In this document: positions 1 to 9,258 of the stretch, one piece after another | Layout: the number at the start of each line of letters is the position of its first letter | Position numbering within the stretch: position 1 is the first letter of the stretch | DNA from: an uncultured bacterium | Lineage (GTDB): Bacteria > UBP14 > UBA6098 > B30-G16 | Length of the DNA: 46,836 nucleotides | Direction of reading: 5' to 3' | Assembly (NCBI GenBank): GCA_965552135.1 | Contig: CBEVQY010000024.1 | Coordinates: 1 to 46,836 of the forward strand | Program-made: the position numbers and the translations under genes | Notes under the pieces: model-generated | Seen by the model: only the letters and a program-made list of their open reading frames with translations | What the model was told of the DNA's origin: nothing | Databases searched by the model: none

Positions 1-1561
1 CCTCGAATATGTCGGGGAAGAGCATCTGCAGAAGCTCGTTGACCTTCTTGCCGAGCTCGGTCACGTAGAGTTTGCCCTTCTGCCTGCGGACGTACTTCCG
101 CTGCAGCAGGGTCGATATTATCTGCGCGTACGTGCTCGGGCGACCGATGCCCTGCGCCTCAAGCTCGCGGACCAATGTTCCCTCGGTGTAGCGCGGAGGT
201 GGCTTCGTGAAGTGCTGCTTTGGTTTTACGTCCAGAAGCTCTACCACATCCCCCTCCGAGAGGGGGGGCAGATTCGTCTTCTCCTCGCTTTCGTCCTCCG
301 CGAGCTTAACCCTCCAGAGGCGCAGGAAGCCGTCGAAGAGAACCTTGGTTTCGGCCACCTCGGCGGTATAGTCTCCGGCGGCAAGGCTAACGGAGGTTCG
401 CACAAGCTTGGCCGGGGCCATCCGCGACGCCACAAAACGGCGCCAGATAAGCTCGTACAGCTTGTACTGATCAGGCGTCAGATACGGCTTGACCTTATCG
501 GGCGTGCGCCAGACGGATGTCGGTCGTATGGCTTCGTGCGCGCCCTGAGCCGCCTGCGAGACCTTGTGAACGATGTTGCCAACGTACTCCTCGCCGAAGT
601 TTTCGCGGATAAACTTCCTCGCCGAGGCAATGGCGACGTCGGCAACGCGGACCGAATCGGTGCGCATATACGTGATAAGCCCCACGGGACCCTCCTCCCC
701 AAGGTCGATGCCCTCGTAGAGCTGCTGTGCAAGCTGCATCGTCTTCTGGGCGGAGAAGCGCAGCCTGCGAGACGCCTCAAGCTGCAACGTGCTCGTGATA
801 AACGGCGGCGGCGGCACGCGACCAAGCTCCTTCCGCTCCACCGACGTCACAACAAAAGGCGCCGACTCCTCGACAGCGAGCTTGTGCCGCTTCGCATCCT
901 CCCGCGTGGGGATCTCGAGCTTCTCCCCCACAAACTTCGTGATGCGGGCGGAGAAATCGACCCCGTCCTTGCGCAAAGCCACGTCAATGGTCCAGTACTC
1001 GCGCGGCTTGAACTCCTCTATCTCCCTCTCGCGCGCCGCAAGGATCTTCAGGGCAACGGACTGCACCCTGCCCGCGGAAAGACCCTGGTGCAGAAGGCGC
1101 CAAAGAAGGGGGCTGACCTTGTACCCCACGAGCCTGTCGAGGATCCTGCGCGCCTGCTGAGCGTAGACCTTGTTCATATCGATCTGGGTGGGGTGCTCTA
1201 TTCCCTCGCGGACGGCGTCGCGGGTGATCTCGTTGAACAGAACGCGCCGAGCACGATCAAGTATCCCCAAAAGCTTGGCTATGTGATACGCTATGGCTTC
1301 GCCCTCCCTGTCGGGGTCAGACGCCAAGAAAACCGCCTCGGCGCCGTCAACCGCCGACTTAAGCCTGCTTATGACCTTGCGCTTGCCGGGAATAACCTCG
1401 TACTTCGGCACAAAACCCGAATCGATATCGACGGCAAGCTCCCTTTCGGGCAGATCAACCACGTGCCCCAGCGAAGCCACAACGGAAAAACCTTTGCCCA
1501 AATAACGCGCTATCGTGCGGCTCTTCGCGGGAGACTCAACTATGACGACCTTCTTTGCCAT
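1..1561 (-). CDS. topA: DNA topoisomerase I (3' end runs off the window)
   Basis: Reverse-strand translation from ATG at 1561 gives MAKKVVIVESPAKSRTIARYLG (TOPRIM), then ASDPDREGEAIA, LSAGRVQSVAL, ITYMRTDS and GIGRPSTYA. It is missing from the ORF track because the stop is outside the window. Confidence 0.97.
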   Translation of the reverse strand, partial: MAKKVVIVESPAKSRTIARYLGKGFSVVASLGHVVDLPERELAVDIDSGFVPKYEVIPGKRKVISRLKSAVDGAEAVFLASDPDREGEAIAYHIAKLLGILDRARRVLFNEITRDAVREGIEHPTQIDMNKVYAQQARRILDRLVGYKVSPLLWRLLHQGLSAGRVQSVALKILAAREREIEEFKPREYWTIDVALRKDGVDFSARITKFVGEKLEIPTREDAKRHKLAVEESAPFVVTSVERKELGRVPPPPFITSTLQLEASRRLRFSAQKTMQLAQQLYEGIDLGEEGPVGLITYMRTDSVRVADVAIASARKFIRENFGEEYVGNIVHKVSQAAQGAHEAIRPTSVWRTPDKVKPYLTPDQYKLYELIWRRFVASRMAPAKLVRTSVSLAAGDYTAEVAETKVLFDGFLRLWRVKLAEDESEEKTNLPPLSEGDVVELLDVKPKQHFTKPPPRYTEGTLVRELEAQGIGRPSTYAQIISTLLQRKYVRRQKGKLYVTELGKKVNELLQMLFPDIFE

Positions 1562-1586
1562 AACCAAAGGGCTTCCTCAGCAAAAC

Positions 1587-1614
1587 AAGCTACGCCTGCG
1601 CGGAAGGTTTTCAA
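1587..1614 (-). promoter_or_regulatory. Putative sigma70-type promoter of topA (TTGAAA-N16-TAGCTT)
   Basis: Hexamers read directly upstream of the topA start. They match the pattern repeated before other genes in the window. Confidence 0.45.
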
Positions 1615-1637
1615 GCATTTTTTGGGAAAGACTGGGG

Positions 1638-2780
1638 CTATCTTTTTATGTTCTCCCAGAACTGCTCGATGCCCTTTGCGATGGCTCGGGCTATCTTGCG
1701 CTGGTTCTGGGGCTGGGCTAAGAACTTCTCCTCGTCTGCGTTCGATATAAACGCGGTCTCCACAAGCACAGCGGGCATAAAGGCACCGTAGAGCACGTAG
1801 AACTCCGCCCCCTCAGGACCGCGCGCCTCAAGACCTGTAAGATCAGATAAGTTCTGCTCAATTATATAAGCCAATATCGAGCTTTCGCGCTGCTGAGCGC
1901 TCTGGACCATATCGACCATTATATACTTGAGCTCGTCGAGGTTATCAACGATGGGTTGGTCCTCAAGCAGGAGCGCACGGTTTTCGAGTGCAGCTGCGGC
2001 GCGGGCTTCGTCGGTGCGCGAGGGCGAGAGGTAGAACACCTGCGTCCCGTGCGCGGATGCGCTGCGACCAGCGTTGCAGTGCACCGAAACGAATATGTCG
2101 GCGCCGGCGCGGTTGGCTATCTGCGTGCGCTCGGAGAGGGGCAGAAAGACGTCGCCGTACCTCGTGAGAACCGCGTCGAACCCAAGCTCCTCAAGCTCAT
2201 CGCGCAGATACTTCGCTATAGACAGCACCACGTCCTTCTCCCTGACGCCCGAGGGTCCCACTGCGCCGGGATCCTTCCCGCCGTGCCCCGGGTCGATCAC
2301 GACGACCCCCCTCTTCGCCTCAGCCTTCTTCGCCTCGCGCTCTGCAGAGGGCTGCTTTTGCCCTCCCGACGCGAAAAACACCGTATCGCCACGCCACGAC
2401 AGGGTCGCGCCCACAGCCTGCGCAAAGGCTCGAACGAAGCCGCGAAGCGGCACCAAAAGCCCCTCCCTGTGCAAAAGGGTCGGCAGACCGAGGTTATATG
2501 GTGTTCCGTCGACGACGACGAAGGGGCTCTCCGGCGAAAAGACGACGCGCCTCCCCCAAAGCCTTATGCTCTCCTTGAACTTCTTTGGCGCGAAATACCT
2601 TCCGCCCTCGCCGAGGCGAAGCAGCTGGTCGGTGGAGACGTAGGCGTAGCTATCGATGACGGTGACGCGAAGCGTCGCCACAGGCTTGCCGTCCCTGAAG
2701 ACGACGATCTCATCCCCCTGCGCCCAGGCGAAAGCCAGGGCAGCAAGAACAACGGAATTTATAAGCAGCCTGCCACGCAC
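1638..2780 (-). CDS. N-acetylmuramoyl-L-alanine amidase (Amidase_3) with signal peptide
   Basis: VVVIDPGHGGKDPGA, FVSVHCNA and MPAVLVETAFISN motifs; hydrophobic N-terminus. Confidence 0.95.
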   Translation of the reverse strand: MRGRLLINSVVLAALAFAWAQGDEIVVFRDGKPVATLRVTVIDSYAYVSTDQLLRLGEGGRYFAPKKFKESIRLWGRRVVFSPESPFVVVDGTPYNLGLPTLLHREGLLVPLRGFVRAFAQAVGATLSWRGDTVFFASGGQKQPSAEREAKKAEAKRGVVVIDPGHGGKDPGAVGPSGVREKDVVLSIAKYLRDELEELGFDAVLTRYGDVFLPLSERTQIANRAGADIFVSVHCNAGRSASAHGTQVFYLSPSRTDEARAAAALENRALLLEDQPIVDNLDELKYIMVDMVQSAQQRESSILAYIIEQNLSDLTGLEARGPEGAEFYVLYGAFMPAVLVETAFISNADEEKFLAQPQNQRKIARAIAKGIEQFWENIKR

Positions 2781-2786
2781 AAAGCA

Positions 2787-2815
2787 AAGATACGTCCAAG
2801 CAGCCTGCGCCGCAA
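2787..2815 (-). promoter_or_regulatory. Putative promoter TTGCGG-N17-TATCTT, 6 nt before the amidase GTG (probably leaderless)
   Basis: Canonical 17-nt spacing; no Shine-Dalgarno between the -10 box and the start codon. Confidence 0.5.
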
Positions 2816-2833
2816 GGGAAATGCTCTAAGTGC

Positions 2834-2861
2834 TTGCCCAACCGAACGAAACGACTATCTT
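2834..2861 (+). promoter_or_regulatory. Putative promoter TTGCCC-N16-TATCTT, divergent from the amidase promoter
   Basis: Same -10 hexamer as several other genes; followed by GGAGG and ATG 2888. Confidence 0.45.
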
Positions 2862-2887
2862 GCGATGAAAGCCGTGGAGGCATCCAG

Positions 2888-4729
2888 ATGGTGGTTGTCG
2901 TCATCCTTGCGTTTTGTTTTTCCGCCTGCTTTGGGTGCGAGGTCGACGGTTTTCCTGTGAGGTTGGGCGCTGGCGCCGAGCCCTTGTGGGGAGCGCCTGC
3001 TGTGGCATCGCTCGAATCGACACTGATCATAATCGTGGGGTCGACGAACGACTCCATCTACGCCGTCCGCACGGACGGAAGCTTTGCGCCGGGTTTTCCC
3101 CTGCATCTTCCCGGACCCGTTGCGAGCAAGGTCGCGTGGGAGCCGACGGCTGACGGGCTTGCGATCTTCGCCCTGACCACAGATGGCACGCTCTGCCGCA
3201 TCGACTGGAACGGCACATACGCAGAGCTCGTCCTTTCGGCGGACCTCGGCGAAAACTCGGGGCGAACGTCCCCCGTACTCTTCGACGTCGACGACGACGG
3301 AGAGATCAACGTCATAGCCGCCGTCGACACATCCGTCTTCTGTCTGTCGCCGGCGGGCGAGCTTATCTGGCGTGGTGAGTTCTGGTCGTCCGTTGGATGC
3401 GCCGTAGCCACGCCCGCCGCAGGCGACATCGACGGCGACGGGGAGAACGAGGTCGTCGTCGAGGGCTACGAGGCGCTTTTTGCGCTCAACTCGGACGGCA
3501 CAAACGCCGAGGGTTTTCCCGTCGAGCTTTCGGGCGCTGCATTCAGCTACTCCGCCCCGTTCCTGTGGGACTGCGACGGCGACGAGGCTGCAGAGATATT
3601 CTGCGGCGCACACCAAACCGAAGGGTGCAACTACGGCATCGTCTACAAGGTCGATGTCTCCGAGGGCGCTGCGGCAAGCGAGCTCTACACCGTCCCCGGC
3701 TACGGCAGCTGGGTTTACTCCACGGCATCCTGGGGGGATCTAAACGGTGACTACGCAGCCGACCTCGCCTTCGGCTCGGTCGAGGGAACGGTATTCGGGC
3801 TCACCTGCGACGGAGCGCTCTCGAGTTTCGGCGGCGTGGCGCTGCATCTGTCGCTTGGGCACATATATGGCTCCACTATCCTGTGCGACGTCGACAGCCA
3901 GCCAGGACCGGAGTACATCATCCAGTCCTTCGACGAAGACGGCGGAAAGATGTACCTCATCGTCATGGACCCGACAGCGTCCTACATCGACGGTTTCCCC
4001 GACAGCGTCGACGCAGCCGAATCGGGCGTCCTCACGCCCGCCGTCTTCACATACGGCGGGAGCACATACGTCGCCGCCTGCGATGCCCGCGGGAACCTGC
4101 ACCTGTGGGCTTTTGCCGGATGCCCCCTGCCCGGGTACGACAACTGGCTTGAGCTTTTCGGCGACAGGCGCAACAGAAACACCGCGCCACCCCAACCCAC
4201 GGCGCTTTCAGTCACGCGGCTCGACGATACCACATATCAGGTTTGCTGGAGGCGCTGCGACAACGCCGACTTCCTGGAATACCGCGTTTACGTTTCCTCC
4301 GACTCAGCCGGCACTGCGCCCGCGGTTGTCTTCTCGTCCCCGGAGCCTGCGGAGACGTGCTTTTCGTGGATATCGGACGCTGCGCCCGAGTCGCTTTGGT
4401 TCTTCGCCGTCGTCCGCGATTCGTTCGGCAGAGGCTCCCTGCGGAGCGTCCCCGTATCCCCAGTCGATACGGCTCTCGTTGGCGAGGCAAAAACGCACCG
4501 CAGTGTGGTCATCCACGCCTCGCCCAACCCGTTTAACTCGTTCTGCGATGTGCTGGCAAGCGGAGCGAAATCCGTAAAGGTGTTCACCATCACGGGCAGA
4601 TGCGTTTTCGTGGCGCCGCCAAAAACGAGGCTTTCTGCCGAAAGGCTCCCCGCGGGCATGCTTTTGCTCAAAGCTTTCGACGCACGCGGAGCCCAGCTGG
4701 CAACCAAGAGAATCTTCGTCGTGAAGTGA
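2888..4729 (+). CDS. Secreted FG-GAP/VCBS-repeat beta-propeller protein with an FN3-like domain and T9SS-like C-terminal tail
   Basis: GGAGG RBS before ATG 2888; signal peptide; DVDDDG, DIDGDG, DCDGD and DLNGD calcium-blade repeats; C-terminal ASPNPFN...KRIFVVK. Confidence 0.8.
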   Translation: MVVVVILAFCFSACFGCEVDGFPVRLGAGAEPLWGAPAVASLESTLIIIVGSTNDSIYAVRTDGSFAPGFPLHLPGPVASKVAWEPTADGLAIFALTTDGTLCRIDWNGTYAELVLSADLGENSGRTSPVLFDVDDDGEINVIAAVDTSVFCLSPAGELIWRGEFWSSVGCAVATPAAGDIDGDGENEVVVEGYEALFALNSDGTNAEGFPVELSGAAFSYSAPFLWDCDGDEAAEIFCGAHQTEGCNYGIVYKVDVSEGAAASELYTVPGYGSWVYSTASWGDLNGDYAADLAFGSVEGTVFGLTCDGALSSFGGVALHLSLGHIYGSTILCDVDSQPGPEYIIQSFDEDGGKMYLIVMDPTASYIDGFPDSVDAAESGVLTPAVFTYGGSTYVAACDARGNLHLWAFAGCPLPGYDNWLELFGDRRNRNTAPPQPTALSVTRLDDTTYQVCWRRCDNADFLEYRVYVSSDSAGTAPAVVFSSPEPAETCFSWISDAAPESLWFFAVVRDSFGRGSLRSVPVSPVDTALVGEAKTHRSVVIHASPNPFNSFCDVLASGAKSVKVFTITGRCVFVAPPKTRLSAERLPAGMLLLKAFDARGAQLATKRIFVVK

Positions 4730-5697
4730 ACTTTCTTCCCTTTACAGCGGGGCTTTGGGGCGGTCGCCCCTCAGTGGGCGGACAGGCGGTTATCGAGGGC
4801 GTTATGATGCGCTCGCCCAAAAGGATCTCGCTTGCCGTCCGCCTCCAGGACAAAAGCATAAAGGTCGTCGGTTGGGACTTCTCGCCTGTGTCCTCGCGCT
4901 CGAAGTTCCTGAGGCTTCCTGTGATCCGCGGGGCGGTGAACCTCGGGGAGATGCTTTACTGGGGGATAAAGACGCTGCAGCTTTCGGCGGAGATTGTCTC
5001 CGGAGGGTCACGTGGCGGCGGGCGCGCCGCCTCGGTCTTGTCGCTTCTTGCGGGGCTTGCCGCAGGAGTGCTGCTTTTCGCATACATCCCCCTCTGGACC
5101 GCCGCGGCGCTGGGGCTCAGGGAAAAGCCGCTGCCGTTCAACCTCGTCGCAGGCAGCATGAGGGTGGTGATCTTCCTGGGATACATAGGCGCGATATCGC
5201 TTATGAAGGACATCCGCAGGCTATTTCAATACCACGGCGCGGAGCACAAGGCGATAAACGCCTTCGAGCGGGGCGAGCCCCTTTTGGTGGAGCGCGTTCG
5301 CCAATACCCCAAAACACACCCCCGGTGCGGGACAAGTTTCATCTTGATAGTTGCGATCGTTGCGATTATCTTCTTTGCCGTTTTCGACGGTGCGGTGTAC
5401 GCTCTTTGGAACTTTGCGCCAAAGCCGCTTACTCGGCTTTTCGTGCACCTCGCGCTTCTGCCGCTCCTTGCGGGGGCGTCGTACGAGGTGCTCAAGCTTA
5501 CAGATAGACTTTCGCGCAAAAGCTGGCTGGGGAGGTTCGTTGCCGCACCTGGCATGTGGCTGCAGAAGATAACGACAAGACAGCCCGACGACGATATGCT
5601 CGAGGTAGCCATAGCGGCGCTTCTGGACTCGATAAGTAACATATCGGTTGCGTCGCGGTCTGCGGCAAAGCCAGCGCAAGAAAGGGAGGGAAGATGA
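4726..5697 (+). CDS. DUF1385 (YqhQ-like) membrane protein
   Basis: VGGQAVIEGVMMR, FQYHGAEHKAINAFE, HPRCGTSF and LQKITTRQPDD motifs. Start placed at the GTG overlapping the upstream TGA. Confidence 0.9.
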   Translation: MNFLPFTAGLWGGRPSVGGQAVIEGVMMRSPKRISLAVRLQDKSIKVVGWDFSPVSSRSKFLRLPVIRGAVNLGEMLYWGIKTLQLSAEIVSGGSRGGGRAASVLSLLAGLAAGVLLFAYIPLWTAAALGLREKPLPFNLVAGSMRVVIFLGYIGAISLMKDIRRLFQYHGAEHKAINAFERGEPLLVERVRQYPKTHPRCGTSFILIVAIVAIIFFAVFDGAVYALWNFAPKPLTRLFVHLALLPLLAGASYEVLKLTDRLSRKSWLGRFVAAPGMWLQKITTRQPDDDMLEVAIAALLDSISNISVASRSAAKPAQEREGR

Positions 5698-7871
5698 AGG
5701 CTGGCAAGCCGATATACGTTGGCTTTCTGTGGCATATGCACCAGCCCTGGTATCTGTGGGACGAGGAGGGCGAGGCAGCACTCCCCTGGACGAGGCTCCA
5801 CGCCCTCAAGGACTACTACGACATGCCTCTGCTTATGGCTCAACACGGCTTTCCGGGGACGATAAACCTCGTCCCATCGCTTTTGAAGCAAATCGAGCTT
5901 CTTGCCGCCGGCAGGGCGACTGATCCATTCTGGGAGGCGTTCGTCACAGATGTCGACGACCTGAACGAGGCGCAGCTTAGTCTCATCGTCTCGCGCTTCT
6001 TCGACGTGAACTTCGAGCGCTTCATAAAGCCCTCGGAAAGATATAGGGAGCTTTTCGGCAAGCGCGGCGCATCGGCCGACTGGCGCGTATTCTCACGCCA
6101 GGAAATACGCGACACACAGGTCCACTTCATGCTCGCATGGCTCGGGCAAAGCCTTAAGGAGAAACCCGAGATAAAGGAGCTCCTCGAAAAGGACAGAGAC
6201 TACACCGTGGCGGACAAGGAGGTCATAGTCCAGGTTGCCACCGAAAGGCTTAGGGAGATCATCCCGCTCTACGGTAAGCTTGCGCGGGAGGGGCACATAA
6301 GGCTTACGTTCTCGCCCTTCTATCATCCCATACTTCCGCTTCTCTGCGACGTTGTCGTAGCCCGCAAGGCGAACCCGCTGACCAGGCTTCCCAAAAAGCC
6401 CTTCATCTACCCTGGCGACGCCGAGCGCCAGATAAGGCTTGGCATCGAGTACTTCTCCACGCTCTTCGGGATAAGACCCGACGGCATGTGGCCGCCCGAG
6501 GGCGGCGTCGCAGAAGAGATACTCACGCTGCTTGCAGAAGCAGGCATCAGATACACCTTCTCCGACGAGGACATCCTCCGCAAGTCGCTCGAGGCATCCC
6601 TCGGCGAGCCCGCCGAACTCACGCCCCAGAAGCTTTATATGCCCTACAACATCTTCCGAGGGGGAAAGAGCATAACCTTCTTCTTCCGCGACAAAAGGCT
6701 TTCGGACAAGATCGGCTTCGTTTACTACAAGCACGACGAGAGGGAAGCGGTCGACGACTTCGTAAACTCCCTTCTGCGCATACGGGACGCCCTGCCCGAC
6801 GACGAGCGCAACTACATAGTCTCGGTCATCCTCGACGGCGAAAACGCCTGGGAGTATTACCGAGAAAACGGCAAACCTTTCCTCAGCATGCTCTACGACG
6901 CCCTCCTCGACCACTCCGAGATAGAGCCGATAACGTTTTGCGATTTTCTCGACCTCGGCGGCGAGATTCCGTTTCTCGACAGGCTTGCGCCCGGTTCGTG
7001 GATAAACGGGGATTTTTCGACCTGGTGTGGCGCCGAAGAGAAGAATGCCGCGTGGGAGCTCCTCTCCGACGCGCGCAACAACTTCCAGCTCAATGCAGAT
7101 AAGGTTCCCCCTGCCCTGCGCGAGAAGATCATGCACCACATCATGGTAGCCGAGGGGTCCGATTGGTTCTGGTGGTTCGGCGAAACGGACTACACCCCCT
7201 ACCTCGAGGCTTTCGACGAGCTTTTCCGCAGCCACCTGAGGAAGGTCTATCAGCTTTTGGGCGAGGCTGTTCCGCCCGAGCTCGAAACGCCCATCCAGGC
7301 GACCGAACGCCCGTTTAAGCCGGTGCGGATGCCGCTGCAGTTTATGACGCCATCACTTGAGGGCAAAGCCACCACGTACTTCGAGTGGTCAGCCGCGGGG
7401 TTCTACAAGGCAACGGGGTTTAGAGGGGCGATGTACGACGCAAGGAGCCAGATAATCGAGGGGCTGTACTTCGGCTTCGACCTCGAAAACCTTTACCTGC
7501 GCCTCGACTCAAGCAAGCTCCTGAGCGACTTTCTCAGAAAGGGAGGTAAATTTCTCTTCGAGTTCCTTGCGCCCAAAAGGATAGACCTTGAGGTCTTCTG
7601 CGAGGGCGGCACGATAACCTGGAAAGCCTTCGAGGTGGAGGGCAACAGGCGGAAGCCAACGGAGCTTTCCGGCGTCAAGGTAGTTTGCGAGCAGATATGC
7701 GAGCTAAAGCTTCCCTTCGCCTCCTTTGGTGCGACGCCCGAAAAACCCCTGCGGTTCGTCGTCTACGTTCAGGAGGACTCGATGCTCGAGCAGCGGTTCC
7801 CGCCCGGGGGGCAGTACATCGAGATCGAGCCGCCGGACGCCGACTTCGAGGACAGGATGTGGTATGTGTAA
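5694..7871 (+). CDS. Glycoside hydrolase family 57 (amylopullulanase-like)
   Basis: WHMHQP, PFYHPILPLL, GMWPPEGGV (nucleophile), ILDGENAWE (acid/base) and AEGSDWFWW motifs. Confidence 0.93.
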   Translation: MKAGKPIYVGFLWHMHQPWYLWDEEGEAALPWTRLHALKDYYDMPLLMAQHGFPGTINLVPSLLKQIELLAAGRATDPFWEAFVTDVDDLNEAQLSLIVSRFFDVNFERFIKPSERYRELFGKRGASADWRVFSRQEIRDTQVHFMLAWLGQSLKEKPEIKELLEKDRDYTVADKEVIVQVATERLREIIPLYGKLAREGHIRLTFSPFYHPILPLLCDVVVARKANPLTRLPKKPFIYPGDAERQIRLGIEYFSTLFGIRPDGMWPPEGGVAEEILTLLAEAGIRYTFSDEDILRKSLEASLGEPAELTPQKLYMPYNIFRGGKSITFFFRDKRLSDKIGFVYYKHDEREAVDDFVNSLLRIRDALPDDERNYIVSVILDGENAWEYYRENGKPFLSMLYDALLDHSEIEPITFCDFLDLGGEIPFLDRLAPGSWINGDFSTWCGAEEKNAAWELLSDARNNFQLNADKVPPALREKIMHHIMVAEGSDWFWWFGETDYTPYLEAFDELFRSHLRKVYQLLGEAVPPELETPIQATERPFKPVRMPLQFMTPSLEGKATTYFEWSAAGFYKATGFRGAMYDARSQIIEGLYFGFDLENLYLRLDSSKLLSDFLRKGGKFLFEFLAPKRIDLEVFCEGGTITWKAFEVEGNRRKPTELSGVKVVCEQICELKLPFASFGATPEKPLRFVVYVQEDSMLEQRFPPGGQYIEIEPPDADFEDRMWYV

Positions 7872-7901
7872 CCCGCGGCATGCCCACGCCACAAATTTCG
7901 T

Positions 7902-7929
7902 TTGACCACGCGCGCTTTTATGTTATTTT
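7902..7929 (+). promoter_or_regulatory. Putative promoter TTGACC-N16-TATTTT with extended -10 TG, for the hdrA/nuoE-nuoF unit
   Basis: Read directly in the 7872-7959 intergenic gap. Confidence 0.45.
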
Positions 7930-7959
7930 GTTTTGTCGCAGTCTTGAAGGGCGGGGTAG

Positions 7960-9258
7960 ATGGTTCGCGTTGGCGTTTTCGTCTGCCACTGCGGCGTCAA
8001 CATCGCCGGCGTAGTCGACGTAAGGAAGGTCGCCGAAGCTATGCGCCGCGAAGAGGGCGTCGTCGTAGCCGAGGATTACCCCTACATGTGCTCCCAGCCG
8101 GGTCAGGAGCTTATAAAGGAGAGGATAAGAAGCCATTCCCTTGAGCGCGTGGTGGTTGCGAGTTGTTCGCCGCGAATGCACCTGGAGACCTTTATGCGCG
8201 CCGCCGCAGCCGCAGGGCTCAACAAGTACTGCGTCGAGATGGCAAACATAAGGGAGCAGTGCTCGTGGGTCCACGACGAAAGATCCGAGGCGACGAAGAA
8301 GGCGATACTTTTGGTCCGCGCCGCAGTGGCTAAGGCGAGGCGCCTGCAGCCCCTTGCCGAATCGGACGTCGGCGTGTGCCACGAGGCTCTCGTCATCGGC
8401 GGCGGCATCGCGGGGATCCAGGCTGCGCTCGACATCGCCGAAGCCGGATTCAAAGTCCACCTCGTCGAAAAGGAACCGTCGATCGGCGGGCACATGGCGC
8501 AGCTCGACAAAACCTTCCCCACACTCGACTGCTCCGCGTGCATCCTGACGCCGAAGATGGTCGACGTCGGACAAAACCCCAACATAAACCTGCTCACCTA
8601 CGCCGAGGTGGAGGACGTCTCGGGCTTCGTGGGGAACTTTAAGGTCAAAGTAAGGCTGAAAAGCCGCCACGTGGACCTCGAGAAGTGCACGGGCTGCGAC
8701 CTCTGCACACAAAACTGCCTCGTGAGGTACATCCCCCAAAGGCGCGAACCGAAATCCGTTGAAAACGAGCTTGCTCCCGAGATGAAAAGCTTCCTCGACC
8801 AAGTACTGCAAACGTACAACTACGACGGAAGCCAGGCGATAGCCGTCCTGCAGGCCATAAACGGCAGGTACCGCCACCTGCCTCAGCTTGCTCTGCGCTA
8901 CGTAAGCGAAAAGCTTGGGCTGCCACTTTCGAGGATATATCACCTCGCCACGTTTTACAGCTGCTTCTCGCTCGTTCCGCGCGGAGTCCATAAGATCCGC
9001 GTCTGCATGGGCACGGCGTGCTACTCCCGCGGCGCACCCGAAATTGTCGAGGAGTTCAAAAGAGTCTTGGGCATAAATCCAGGGCAAACGACGAAGGACG
9101 GTCTCTTCACCCTCGAGACGGTAAACTGCCTTGGCTGCTGCGCAATAGCGCCAGTCGTCGTGGTGGACGACGAATATTACGCAAACTTTACACCGGCGAA
9201 GGTAGAACAAATTATATCCAAGTACTCCGCCGATGCCGAAACTGAAGGACATACGTGA
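7960..9258 (+). CDS. Fusion of the HdrA N-terminal half and a NuoE/HydC-like [2Fe-2S] subunit
   Basis: HdrA motifs VFVCHCGVNIAG, VASCSPRMH, NIREQCSWVH, IGGGIAG, DKTFPTLDCSACILTPKM and one CxxCxxCxxxC (8686-8718). These are followed by NuoE motifs LATFYSCFS, VCMGTACYSRG and TVNCLGCCAIAP. Confidence 0.9.
   Translation: MVRVGVFVCHCGVNIAGVVDVRKVAEAMRREEGVVVAEDYPYMCSQPGQELIKERIRSHSLERVVVASCSPRMHLETFMRAAAAAGLNKYCVEMANIREQCSWVHDERSEATKKAILLVRAAVAKARRLQPLAESDVGVCHEALVIGGGIAGIQAALDIAEAGFKVHLVEKEPSIGGHMAQLDKTFPTLDCSACILTPKMVDVGQNPNINLLTYAEVEDVSGFVGNFKVKVRLKSRHVDLEKCTGCDLCTQNCLVRYIPQRREPKSVENELAPEMKSFLDQVLQTYNYDGSQAIAVLQAINGRYRHLPQLALRYVSEKLGLPLSRIYHLATFYSCFSLVPRGVHKIRVCMGTACYSRGAPEIVEEFKRVLGINPGQTTKDGLFTLETVNCLGCCAIAPVVVVDDEYYANFTPAKVEQIISKYSADAETEGHT

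Noticed and set aside
212..1750. 512-aa plus-strand ORF and other long ORFs such as 7918-9465(-), 14539-15765(-), 23546-24955(+) and 42423-43973(+)
   Set aside because: They are antisense shadows of well-supported genes in GC-rich DNA and have no recognisable motifs of their own.
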